From positions 1 to 20,436 of IMG/VR virus record IMGVR_UViG_2690316086_000007: DNA of 20,436 bases, one strand, 5' to 3'. Position 1 is the first letter of the stretch; each line of letters begins with the position of its first letter. The DNA is from a virus. Taxonomy: Duplodnaviria > Heunggongvirae > Uroviricota > Caudoviricetes. A program made the position numbers and the translations under genes. The notes beneath the pieces were generated by a model. It saw only the letters and a list, made by a program, of their open reading frames with translations, was not told the DNA's origin and made no database searches. Of the stretch, positions 1-6,873 are shown piece after piece.

Positions 1-73
1 CATCCTGACTTTCCAGAACCATACGAATCGCCCGCTGACGGACTTCGGGGGAAAAACGAGTATTTTTAGTCAT
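1..73 (-). CDS. IS3-family transposase OrfA, N-terminal 24 codons only (partial, runs off window)
   Basis: Minus-strand ATG at 71-73 preceded by GAGG RBS; translation MTKNTRFSPEVRQRAIRMVLESQD. It differs from the right-hand copy at two residues (I/V, D/G). Confidence 0.8.
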   Translation of the reverse strand, partial: MTKNTRFSPEVRQRAIRMVLESQD

Positions 74-127
74 CCTGTTTACCTCTTTCTCAGGGAGTTT
101 AGTCTCCAGGATTTCCGGGGCGGTTCA
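1..127 (-). mobile_element. IS3-family insertion sequence (IS629/IS3411-like), partial: terminal inverted repeat plus 5' end of orfA; element continues beyond window start
   Basis: Reverse complement of 1-127 reads TGAACCGCCCCGGAAATCCTGGAGACTAAACTCCCTGAGAAAGAGGTAAACAGGATG..., which is also found in direct orientation at 20310-20436. The terminus TGAACCGCCCC and the OrfA N-terminus MTKNTRFSPEVRQRA match the IS629-type IS3 family as I recall it. Confidence 0.85.
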
Positions 128-217
128 CAACGCGCCATCCGTTACTACCTTGAGGCAGACAAAAAGGCTCTGGAAGAACAGGAAGCGAAGGAGGAAGCCT
201 TTTTCGCACAATCCACC

Positions 218-2851
218 GTGGGTAAAAAACTCATGGCATCCCTTGAGGAAGCCGGACAGCGTGAAAAGCTGGCACAAAGCATCATCAGCAAGCGTCAGGC
301 AACAGAACAAGACCCGGTGGCCCGTGCTTTTGCCACACTGAAGGTGCTTCCCGTTTATCTGCGTGAACCTCTGAGCCGCCACCTCTCTTTCCTGCGCAAA
401 AAACAGGAAGCCGATCGCCAGAAAGGCAAAAAGAGCTGGCAGGCTGAACGCTACGCGCGCGGAACCCTGCGCAAAATATTCGAACGTCTGGACCGCACCG
501 ATCACCGCTGGCTGACACCGGGTTATCGCTCCCTTGCCGGACGCGAACGCCTGGACGATTTGCTTTACCTGCCGCAGCTCAACAAACACCAGATACAGAC
601 GCTGGCCACCATGACGGCGGCGATGTTCAGCAGCACCTTCGAAAAACTCTGCGATGGCTTTGGCGCGACTGATGGCGAACTGACCATGGATGTAACGCTG
701 AAGGCGTATCAGATGCTGGCCCGCATGGCGTTACACCTGCACGCCATGCCTCCACATTATGACGCACTGACAACAGACAAAGACCGGAGGAACGAACCGG
801 ACACGGAGCTGCTGCCGGGCGCAATCCTTCGCCTGACCTGTGCGGAATGGTGGAAACGCAAACTGTGGCTGTTACGTTGCGAGTGGAGAGAAGAACAACT
901 CCGCGCCGCCTGTCTGGTTTCCAGAAAAACATCACCCTATCTGAGCCAGGACGCGTTAAGCGAGTTTCGCGCACAGCGCGAGAAAACACGCGATTTCCTG
1001 AAAAGTTTCATGCTGGAAAATGAAGACGGGTTCACGATTGATCTCGAGACAGTGTATTACGCGGGAGTAAGTAACCCGGTTCACCGTAAGGCAGAAATGA
1101 TGGCCACCATGAAGGGGCTGGAACTTCTGGCCGAAGCCCGTGGCGACAGAGCGGTGTTTCTGACTGTCACCTGCCCGTCAAAATACCACGCAACAACGGA
1201 GAACGGTCATCCGAATCCCAAATGGAACGGGGCCACTATGCACGACTCCAGCGATTACCTGGTTAACACGTTTTTTGCGGCGGTCCGCAAAAAACTGAAC
1301 CGCGACGGCCTGCGCTGGTATGGCATCCGCACGGTGGAGCCTCATCATGACGGCACGGTGCACTGGCACATGATGGTTTTTGCTCATCCTGACGAGATTG
1401 TAACCATCGTGTCCCACGTCTGCGATATTGCCATTCAGGAAGACCGCCACGAGCTGGGCAATGACATAACTCCGCGTTTTAAGGCGGAGTACGTCGACGG
1501 CTCAAAAGGCACGCCAACCAGCTACATCGCCACCTACATCGGAAAGAACCTGGACAGCCGCGCCGTGGATGGCATCGACCCGAAAACGGGCAAGCCACGC
1601 GTTGACCACGAAACAGGTAAATCAATGGCCGAGAGCGTGGAGCGCGCCATCGGCTGGGCGCGCCTTCACCGGGTCCGTCAGTTCCAGTTCTTTGGCATCC
1701 CCTCCCGTCAGGTGTGGCGTGAACTGCGCCGCCTTGCCAGCCAGATGGCACGCAATCCGGAAGGCCCGCAACGGCTGAAAGATGATGCAATGGATGCGGT
1801 ACTCGCTGCCGCCGATGCCGGGTGTTTTGCCACCTACATTGAAAAACAGGGTGGCGTGCTTGTTCCACGCAAGGACTACCTGATTCGCACCGCCTACGAC
1901 CTCGCAGATGAGCTGAACGATTACGGCGAACAGAGCGTACAGATTTACGGGATCTGGTCACCACTCATCGGGGAATCCTCCCGTGTGTGCACGCATCCGG
2001 ATAACTGGAAGCTGGTAAGACGTAAACCAGAACCGGAAGACAACGCCCACGAAAATGGTTTTGACCTTCAGGGCGGCCCTGCCGCCCCTTGGACTCGTGG
2101 CAATAACTGTCCCCGTGTACAGGAAACGGACAACAACGGGACAGAACAGCCGGAAGAACGGCCAGCACCGTGGCCGCAGCTTCCTGACGGCGTTGAAGTG
2201 AACGAATGGATGCATTCACTGAAACGGCACGAACGCCGGGCGCTGATGCGTTCGCTTCGTGACAAACAGGCAAAAAACAGCAGCGATGAAATGCAGAACT
2301 GGACACAGAGCCGCAAACAGCCACAGCCTTTGCCTGATAACCACGAGTTACTCGCTAAAGAATGGCGGGAGTCTGCTGAATCTCTCGGCCTGCATATTGG
2401 TGAACAGCAGATGCAGCACCTGTTACGGGGCGGCAGCCTGTACGTTGACGGCAGCATCATTGCACCGCAGGGATTTGAAATTGTACGCAAACCGGATACC
2501 CGCCCGGACAGCCAAATCACGCAGCTCTGGCAGCGCCTGAGCCGTAATCACGGCGTAAGCAGCACGGAGATCCGCCATAACCCGGTCGCCAGCTATCTGG
2601 AACAGCTGGGGGCATCAGACCCCGAAGCCGCCGCACGTCTGGTATCCACACTTCAGCAGGACCAGAACACCATGCCCACCCCCGTTACCGTGCTTTCTGA
2701 CATGCTGCGCGCCATCCGTGACGCAGAGCACGCACAGAGAATCAGTGAAACCACTGAACGCGCCCACCGCAAAGCAGACCTGCTGCGGGGTAGCCTGACC
2801 AGTGGAAACAAAAAAACAGACAGAAACGGGATTCACAAATCCCGTAAATGA
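218..2851 (+). CDS. A: Rolling-circle replication initiation endonuclease, P2 gpA family
   Basis: 877-aa ORF with motifs TVTCPSKYH, VEPHHDGTVHWHMMVF (HUH-type), YIATYIGKNLDS and GWARLHRVRQFQFFGIP, collinear with P2 gpA as recalled. Start is uncertain (GTG 218 or ATG 233), and the frame stays open upstream to the IS junction at 128. Confidence 0.85.
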   Translation: MGKKLMASLEEAGQREKLAQSIISKRQATEQDPVARAFATLKVLPVYLREPLSRHLSFLRKKQEADRQKGKKSWQAERYARGTLRKIFERLDRTDHRWLTPGYRSLAGRERLDDLLYLPQLNKHQIQTLATMTAAMFSSTFEKLCDGFGATDGELTMDVTLKAYQMLARMALHLHAMPPHYDALTTDKDRRNEPDTELLPGAILRLTCAEWWKRKLWLLRCEWREEQLRAACLVSRKTSPYLSQDALSEFRAQREKTRDFLKSFMLENEDGFTIDLETVYYAGVSNPVHRKAEMMATMKGLELLAEARGDRAVFLTVTCPSKYHATTENGHPNPKWNGATMHDSSDYLVNTFFAAVRKKLNRDGLRWYGIRTVEPHHDGTVHWHMMVFAHPDEIVTIVSHVCDIAIQEDRHELGNDITPRFKAEYVDGSKGTPTSYIATYIGKNLDSRAVDGIDPKTGKPRVDHETGKSMAESVERAIGWARLHRVRQFQFFGIPSRQVWRELRRLASQMARNPEGPQRLKDDAMDAVLAAADAGCFATYIEKQGGVLVPRKDYLIRTAYDLADELNDYGEQSVQIYGIWSPLIGESSRVCTHPDNWKLVRRKPEPEDNAHENGFDLQGGPAAPWTRGNNCPRVQETDNNGTEQPEERPAPWPQLPDGVEVNEWMHSLKRHERRALMRSLRDKQAKNSSDEMQNWTQSRKQPQPLPDNHELLAKEWRESAESLGLHIGEQQMQHLLRGGSLYVDGSIIAPQGFEIVRKPDTRPDSQITQLWQRLSRNHGVSSTEIRHNPVASYLEQLGASDPEAAARLVSTLQQDQNTMPTPVTVLSDMLRAIRDAEHAQRISETTERAHRKADLLRGSLTSGNKKTDRNGIHKSRK

Positions 2852-2934
2852 GCAAAAAACGTGCCGCGATATATGAGGCGCGCACAAAACAGGCAAAAGC
2901 GGGATTTAAAAATCCTGTAAACGATTAATTAATC
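2827..2934 (+). promoter_or_regulatory. Palindromic repeat pair plus 12-bp perfect palindrome upstream of parM; candidate operator/centromere-like site
   Basis: CGGGATTcacaAATCCCGtaaa at 2827-2848 (perfect 7-bp arms) and GGGATTTaaaAAATCCtgtaaa at 2901-2921 share a ~21-bp unit 74 bp apart. GATTAATTAATC (2923-2934) is a perfect palindrome just upstream of the parM RBS (AAGGA 2940-2944). Confidence 0.35.
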
Positions 2935-2952
2935 AACATAAGGAAAAGCGAC

Positions 2953-3912
2953 ATGAAAATTTGTATCGACGACGGCTCCACCAACATCAAGCTGGCATGG
3001 GCTGAGAACGGCGAACGCCGCAACGCCATCAGCCCGAACAGCTTCAAGTCGGAATGGTCTGCGCCGTTCGGTGGCACGCAGCCCGCGAACTACATGCTTG
3101 ATGGCGTGCGCTATGGTTTTGATCCGGTCAGCGATCGCTTTGTCCAGACGACCGACACGCAATACCAGTACAGCGATGTGAATGTCATTGCCATTCATCA
3201 CGCACTGGTCAAATCAGGCATCACGCCACAGGAGGTGGATGTGGTTGTCACCCTGCCACTGAGCGAGTATTTCGACACAAACGCACAGCCGGATATGGCC
3301 AACATCAGCCGCAAAAAATCGAACGTTATGCGCCCGGTGGAGTACCAGAACGGCGAAGCATTCACTATCCGTAACGTACGGGTTATGCCTGAATCCATTC
3401 CGGCTGGCTTTAAAGCACTGGCTGACATGAGTCCGTTTGAATCCCTGCTGATTGTGGATTTAGGCGGAACCACACTGGATGTGGCAAAGGTTCAGGGGCA
3501 ACTGGCAGGTATCAGCCAGGTGTTTTGCGATCCACACGTAGGCGTTTCCCTGATGGCCGATGCCGTACTGTCGGTGATGGCCACTAACGGTATGCGTACC
3601 AGTCACCACATCGCCAATACCATTATCGAACATCGCCATGATGAAGCCTGGTTGCGCCAGCACATCCACAATGACGCGCATTACGCCAGCCTGATGGCGG
3701 TTATTCGTGAAAAGGAAGAAACACTGAAACAACGCGTGATCCGCGCGCTGGCGGGCTTTTCGGGTTACGGGCGGGTGATGGTTGTCGGTGGCGGGGCGGA
3801 GATTGTGGCACCCGCTATCCGCGAAGCCTGCGGAGTTAATGCGACTTTCATCGCGGACGGGGTGCCACAGTTTGCTCTGGTTAATGGGCTGTACGCAATG
3901 GACAAGGAGTAA
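2953..3912 (+). CDS. parM: ParM/StbA-family actin-like segregation ATPase
   Basis: 319 aa; collinear similarity to plasmid R1 ParM as recalled (IDDGSTNIKL, ISPNSFK, YSDVNV..HHAL, VMPESIPAG, IDLGGTTLD, FSGY, VGGGAEI, LVNG). RBS AAGGA 8 nt upstream of ATG. Confidence 0.85.
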   Translation: MKICIDDGSTNIKLAWAENGERRNAISPNSFKSEWSAPFGGTQPANYMLDGVRYGFDPVSDRFVQTTDTQYQYSDVNVIAIHHALVKSGITPQEVDVVVTLPLSEYFDTNAQPDMANISRKKSNVMRPVEYQNGEAFTIRNVRVMPESIPAGFKALADMSPFESLLIVDLGGTTLDVAKVQGQLAGISQVFCDPHVGVSLMADAVLSVMATNGMRTSHHIANTIIEHRHDEAWLRQHIHNDAHYASLMAVIREKEETLKQRVIRALAGFSGYGRVMVVGGGAEIVAPAIREACGVNATFIADGVPQFALVNGLYAMDKE

Positions 3913-3916
3913 ACCA

Positions 3917-4228
3917 ATGACGACACCAACCAGACGGATAAGTTTCTATCTGAAGCCCGCCGCCGTCAAGAACGAAGGCGAAGCATGCGCCTGGCTGGAC
4001 AGCCTTACACCAGAAGCCCGCAAAAGTGGTCAACGCGTGGCTTTTCTGGCCGGACTGGCACTTATGAAAATTAATCCGGCAGAGGCTTACCGACTGGCTG
4101 CATGGGCTGACGATGAAGCGTTATCCCTGACACAAACCAGGACAGAACGCCCCGCATCACAGCCAGTATCAACCGCACAGATAACCAGTCAGATGGCCGG
4201 AAATATCCGGGCGTTATTTCCTGAATAA
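3917..4228 (+). CDS. parR: ParR/StbB-like partition adaptor (ribbon-helix-helix type)
   Basis: 103 aa from ATG 3917, 4 nt after the parM stop, with GGAG RBS. Similar to R1 ParR as recalled (ISFYLKP.., AFLAGLAL, C-terminal ..RALFPE). The longer ORF from 3782 overlaps parM and is rejected. Confidence 0.7.
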   Translation: MTTPTRRISFYLKPAAVKNEGEACAWLDSLTPEARKSGQRVAFLAGLALMKINPAEAYRLAAWADDEALSLTQTRTERPASQPVSTAQITSQMAGNIRALFPE

Positions 4229-4236
4229 CACAACAT

Positions 4237-4254
4237 CAGGGCGAGTTCGCCCTG
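4237..4254 (+). terminator. GC-rich hairpin immediately after parR (possible terminator, no U-tract)
   Basis: CAGGGCG-agtt-CGCCCTG, a perfect 7-bp stem 9 nt after the parR stop, followed by CTCTCC rather than a T-run. Confidence 0.3.
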
Positions 4255-4291
4255 CTCTCCACCTCAGAACATAAACAAAGAGAACGACTTA

Positions 4292-4675
4292 ATGAGCGAA
4301 ATCAACTATCAGGCATTACGTGAACGTTATTCACCTGTGCCAGTACCGAAATGCCCTATTTGCGGCGAGGAAATGTCAATTCAGCGAATATCTGGAGCAC
4401 AGGTTGTTTATGCCTGCTCCGGTTATGGTGATGATGGAGATTTCAAAATTGGCCGAACTCTTGCCGACGAACATTATGAAAAATCACGCGTAACAGTGTT
4501 GGATGTCGGGAATCCTGAAGTATTGGCGCTACTTGATTGGCTGGAAACCAAAGACAACCGAATCGCTGAACTGGAAAAAATCGCCACTGACTATGCACTT
4601 AAATTACAGAAAGCACAGGACGCATTAAAGTACGCCGCTTTGCTGCATAGCAGGACAGCGCAGCTACAAGACTAA
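4292..4675 (+). CDS. Hypothetical protein with N-terminal Cys motif (CPICGEE..YACSGYG) and C-terminal predicted coiled coil
   Basis: 127-aa ORF with AAGAGA RBS-like sequence 8-9 nt upstream; lower GC than flanking phage genes. I recognise no homolog. Confidence 0.5.
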   Translation: MSEINYQALRERYSPVPVPKCPICGEEMSIQRISGAQVVYACSGYGDDGDFKIGRTLADEHYEKSRVTVLDVGNPEVLALLDWLETKDNRIAELEKIATDYALKLQKAQDALKYAALLHSRTAQLQD

Positions 4676-4766
4676 CTTAAAGCGGAAGATTAATACATGG
4701 TGAGTCGGGGTAATTTGTTTTTATCCCGACAAATAAACAAAAAAAGTGGACTATCTCTGTAGTATC

Positions 4767-5297
4767 TTATTCAGCATCGTCTCGTGCAGTCTGTGCATAC
4801 GTCACAACAACGCCCAATGCATTAGTTTTCTTTTCAACATAGATAATATTGTCATATTCATAGTTACCATACGGATAGCAAATAAGAATATTTTTATGCA
4901 GATCGGGATCATCAACAAACGCTCCGGAACAGCTTCTTGAACTACCGGATGTATACTCATACGGTGCAACATATGGTGATGTTACTCCTGGTAAAAAATA
5001 AGTCACCATCATAAGAGGGATAATCAGGAATATCCCTGTAAGAATGCAAGAGCCAGCATAAACCTTCAGGTATTCCGACAGTCCTTTCCAGCCACTTTGC
5101 TTCACTACCCCCCTCTTCACCAGAAACAAGGAGAAGAAAAAGGACATACCCATACTACACAAGATGTAATAATTGGATATACGCGAATTAAGATATGTAA
5201 TCCTGTAGATATCTGCCCTCCACCAGTAAAAGAGGAAAATAATCCCTAGCACTGAAACAGTCATGCAAATCAAATAAGGATATGAATCTTTCTTCAT
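4767..5297 (-). CDS. Hypothetical integral membrane protein (3 predicted TM helices plus ~70-aa C-terminal domain), AT-rich cargo gene
   Basis: 176-aa ORF. Hydrophobic segments YLICMTVSVLGIIFLFYWW, YYILCSMGMSFFFSLFLV and SCILTGIFLIIPLMMVTYFL. Markedly AT-rich, with codon usage unlike the surrounding phage genes. Weak RBS. Confidence 0.5.
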   Translation of the reverse strand: MKKDSYPYLICMTVSVLGIIFLFYWWRADIYRITYLNSRISNYYILCSMGMSFFFSLFLVKRGVVKQSGWKGLSEYLKVYAGSCILTGIFLIIPLMMVTYFLPGVTSPYVAPYEYTSGSSRSCSGAFVDDPDLHKNILICYPYGNYEYDNIIYVEKKTNALGVVVTYAQTARDDAE

Positions 5298-5340
5298 GTC
5301 TTGCGCTCATTAAAATTTCCCTGCTACGAACAAATTTACC

Positions 5341-5826
5341 ATCCGTTTTTTGCGCAGAAAACAGCACGATGCACACTGCACGATAGTGCACAAATTTGCA
5401 CAATTTTTTTGAACGACTTTTTACCCTTCCGGCCCGCATGGCGGCTGGATCCGTCAAGGATCCGTGCGTGCACAAAAAAACGCGTTTTTTCTGCGCGCAG
5501 GTGACGGGGGAACAGCCCGCGTTTCAGGGGGTAAATAGCATTCCCTGAACGATGTCGCAGAGATACAACAGAATGGCTGTATTTCTCACGCTGAGCGTGA
5601 AAAAGACGTGAGGGCTTTTGATTTATGGGGTGAAAGGTAAGGCCGTCAAAATCGCACTGAGACGGCGAGAACATGCAGTCAACGCGGTGGGATTGCGTAA
5701 GAGTCTGACTGTCGATGGTGGCGATAAACTGGAAGGCGTCGTGAAATTATCTGACTGATACAGGAGCTGGAGAGTCGGGGCATAAATTTTTTATGCCCCG
5801 GCGAAGCAGCAGACAAGCGAAGCGCG
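5341..5826. other. Non-coding region between cargo slot and portal gene; expected location of the cos site and packaging signals by P2 synteny (exact cos not identified)
   Basis: No convincing ORF. Dense in direct and inverted repeats (TGCACA array 5364-5403; GGATCCGT x2 at 5447-5465; AAAAAACGCGTTTTTT palindrome 5474-5490; 11-bp-stem hairpin 5776-5800). In P2 the cos lies between old and Q. Confidence 0.4.
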
Positions 5827-6873
5827 TCAGGATGTGGGCTGGGTGTCTAACAGTGCGTAAGGGTTAAAGCGGATCACCTCTTCGCCAAGCCAGTCATTGA
5901 TGTGCTTCATGGCCTCCATGACGGGCATCAGCTCGTTAATTGCGTAAACCCGCGCGGCCTTCTCCACATCACCAAACGCACTTTTTTCGCCCGGCATCGC
6001 CCCCATCAGTTGCGGCGGAACGCGGTGCGCAGCCAGCACATCATCACGGGATGCCGCCTTAACATTCATGAACTCATCCTTTGCGGTGATCTGCTGGAAC
6101 GGCAAAATTTGCACCCCCTCTTTGCCCCCGTTGGGAGCATGGATGAGCACGTTTTTAAACGCACCACCACCACGCGCACCCTGTAACGTTTCTTTCAGGG
6201 AGTCCATGCTTTCGCGGTTTACCTGCGCTGCACCGATGTAGATGATGCACCCGGCGTGGGATCCATTGTCGTAATACAGTTTTCTGAACATGTCCGCCGA
6301 ATGAGACAGGCTGGCCGAGAGTAATGCGCCAAGATATTCCGGCATGCCGTAAATTTCCTGGTTAATGTCCGGATTCATCAGGTGGCACACTTTGCCAGGG
6401 CGAAACTGAAACGCGTCCTTGCCATCCTGCACATACCACCATGATTCAAGATCGCTTCCGCGTCGCATGTATTTCGCCAGTGCGTGCCGTAATTTAAGCG
6501 GTTCGCCGAGCATATTGCTTCGAAGCTCAAGGAATGCGTTACCGAACACAAACCAGTCCAGCGCCAGCGCCGAGAAATCCTGCCGGGAAAGCAGCGGGTG
6601 CGGGATGTAGCAACCGAGTAATACATTGCGCTTAAAGTAAAGCGCAGACTGATGCCAGGACGTTTGCCGGGCAGCTCTTGCCAGACCGTACCAGTCCACC
6701 GGGGTTTCATACCACCGCCCGTTATCAGCACAGTACATATTGTCCAGCAGGTCATGCCCGGTCAGGCGATAAGGACCATCAAATGTGAATGCACTGAGCG
6801 ATGATTCTTTCCTGAGCGCATCAGCGAGATCAATGCGTGAACTCATGCGCACTTTTTTATTTTTTCTGCTCAT
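5827..6873 (-). CDS. Q: Portal protein, P2 gpQ-like
   Basis: 348-aa ORF immediately downstream of and translationally coupled to the terminase gene (minus-strand TGATG overlap at 6871-6875); position and size match P2 Q. Confidence 0.8.
   Translation of the reverse strand: MSRKNKKVRMSSRIDLADALRKESSLSAFTFDGPYRLTGHDLLDNMYCADNGRWYETPVDWYGLARAARQTSWHQSALYFKRNVLLGCYIPHPLLSRQDFSALALDWFVFGNAFLELRSNMLGEPLKLRHALAKYMRRGSDLESWWYVQDGKDAFQFRPGKVCHLMNPDINQEIYGMPEYLGALLSASLSHSADMFRKLYYDNGSHAGCIIYIGAAQVNRESMDSLKETLQGARGGGAFKNVLIHAPNGGKEGVQILPFQQITAKDEFMNVKAASRDDVLAAHRVPPQLMGAMPGEKSAFGDVEKAARVYAINELMPVMEAMKHINDWLGEEVIRFNPYALLDTQPTS

Noticed and set aside
125-2520. Several minus-strand ORFs (125-589, 627-989, 1479-1964, 1965-2324, 2068-2520) and small plus-strand ORFs within gpA
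   Set aside because: All overlap the conserved gpA coding frame on the opposite strand or in alternative frames; translations are Arg/Cys/Pro-rich with no recognisable motifs.
3782-3916. N-terminal extension of the parR ORF (start at 3782)
   Set aside because: It would overlap parM by 131 bp in another frame; an ATG at 3917 with a GGAG RBS immediately after the parM stop gives a protein collinear with ParR.
4708-4735. Imperfect hairpin GTCGGGGTAA...TTATCCCGAC between the convergent cargo genes
   Set aside because: Stem contains a mismatch, the loop is long, and no U-run follows on either strand. Too weak to call a bidirectional terminator.
5188-5674. ORFs 5188-5475 (-), 5301-5504 (+) and 5336-5674 (-) in the intergenic region
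   Set aside because: No convincing RBS, biased Arg/Cys/His composition, and they overlap dense palindromic/repeat DNA. The region is better explained as regulatory/packaging DNA.
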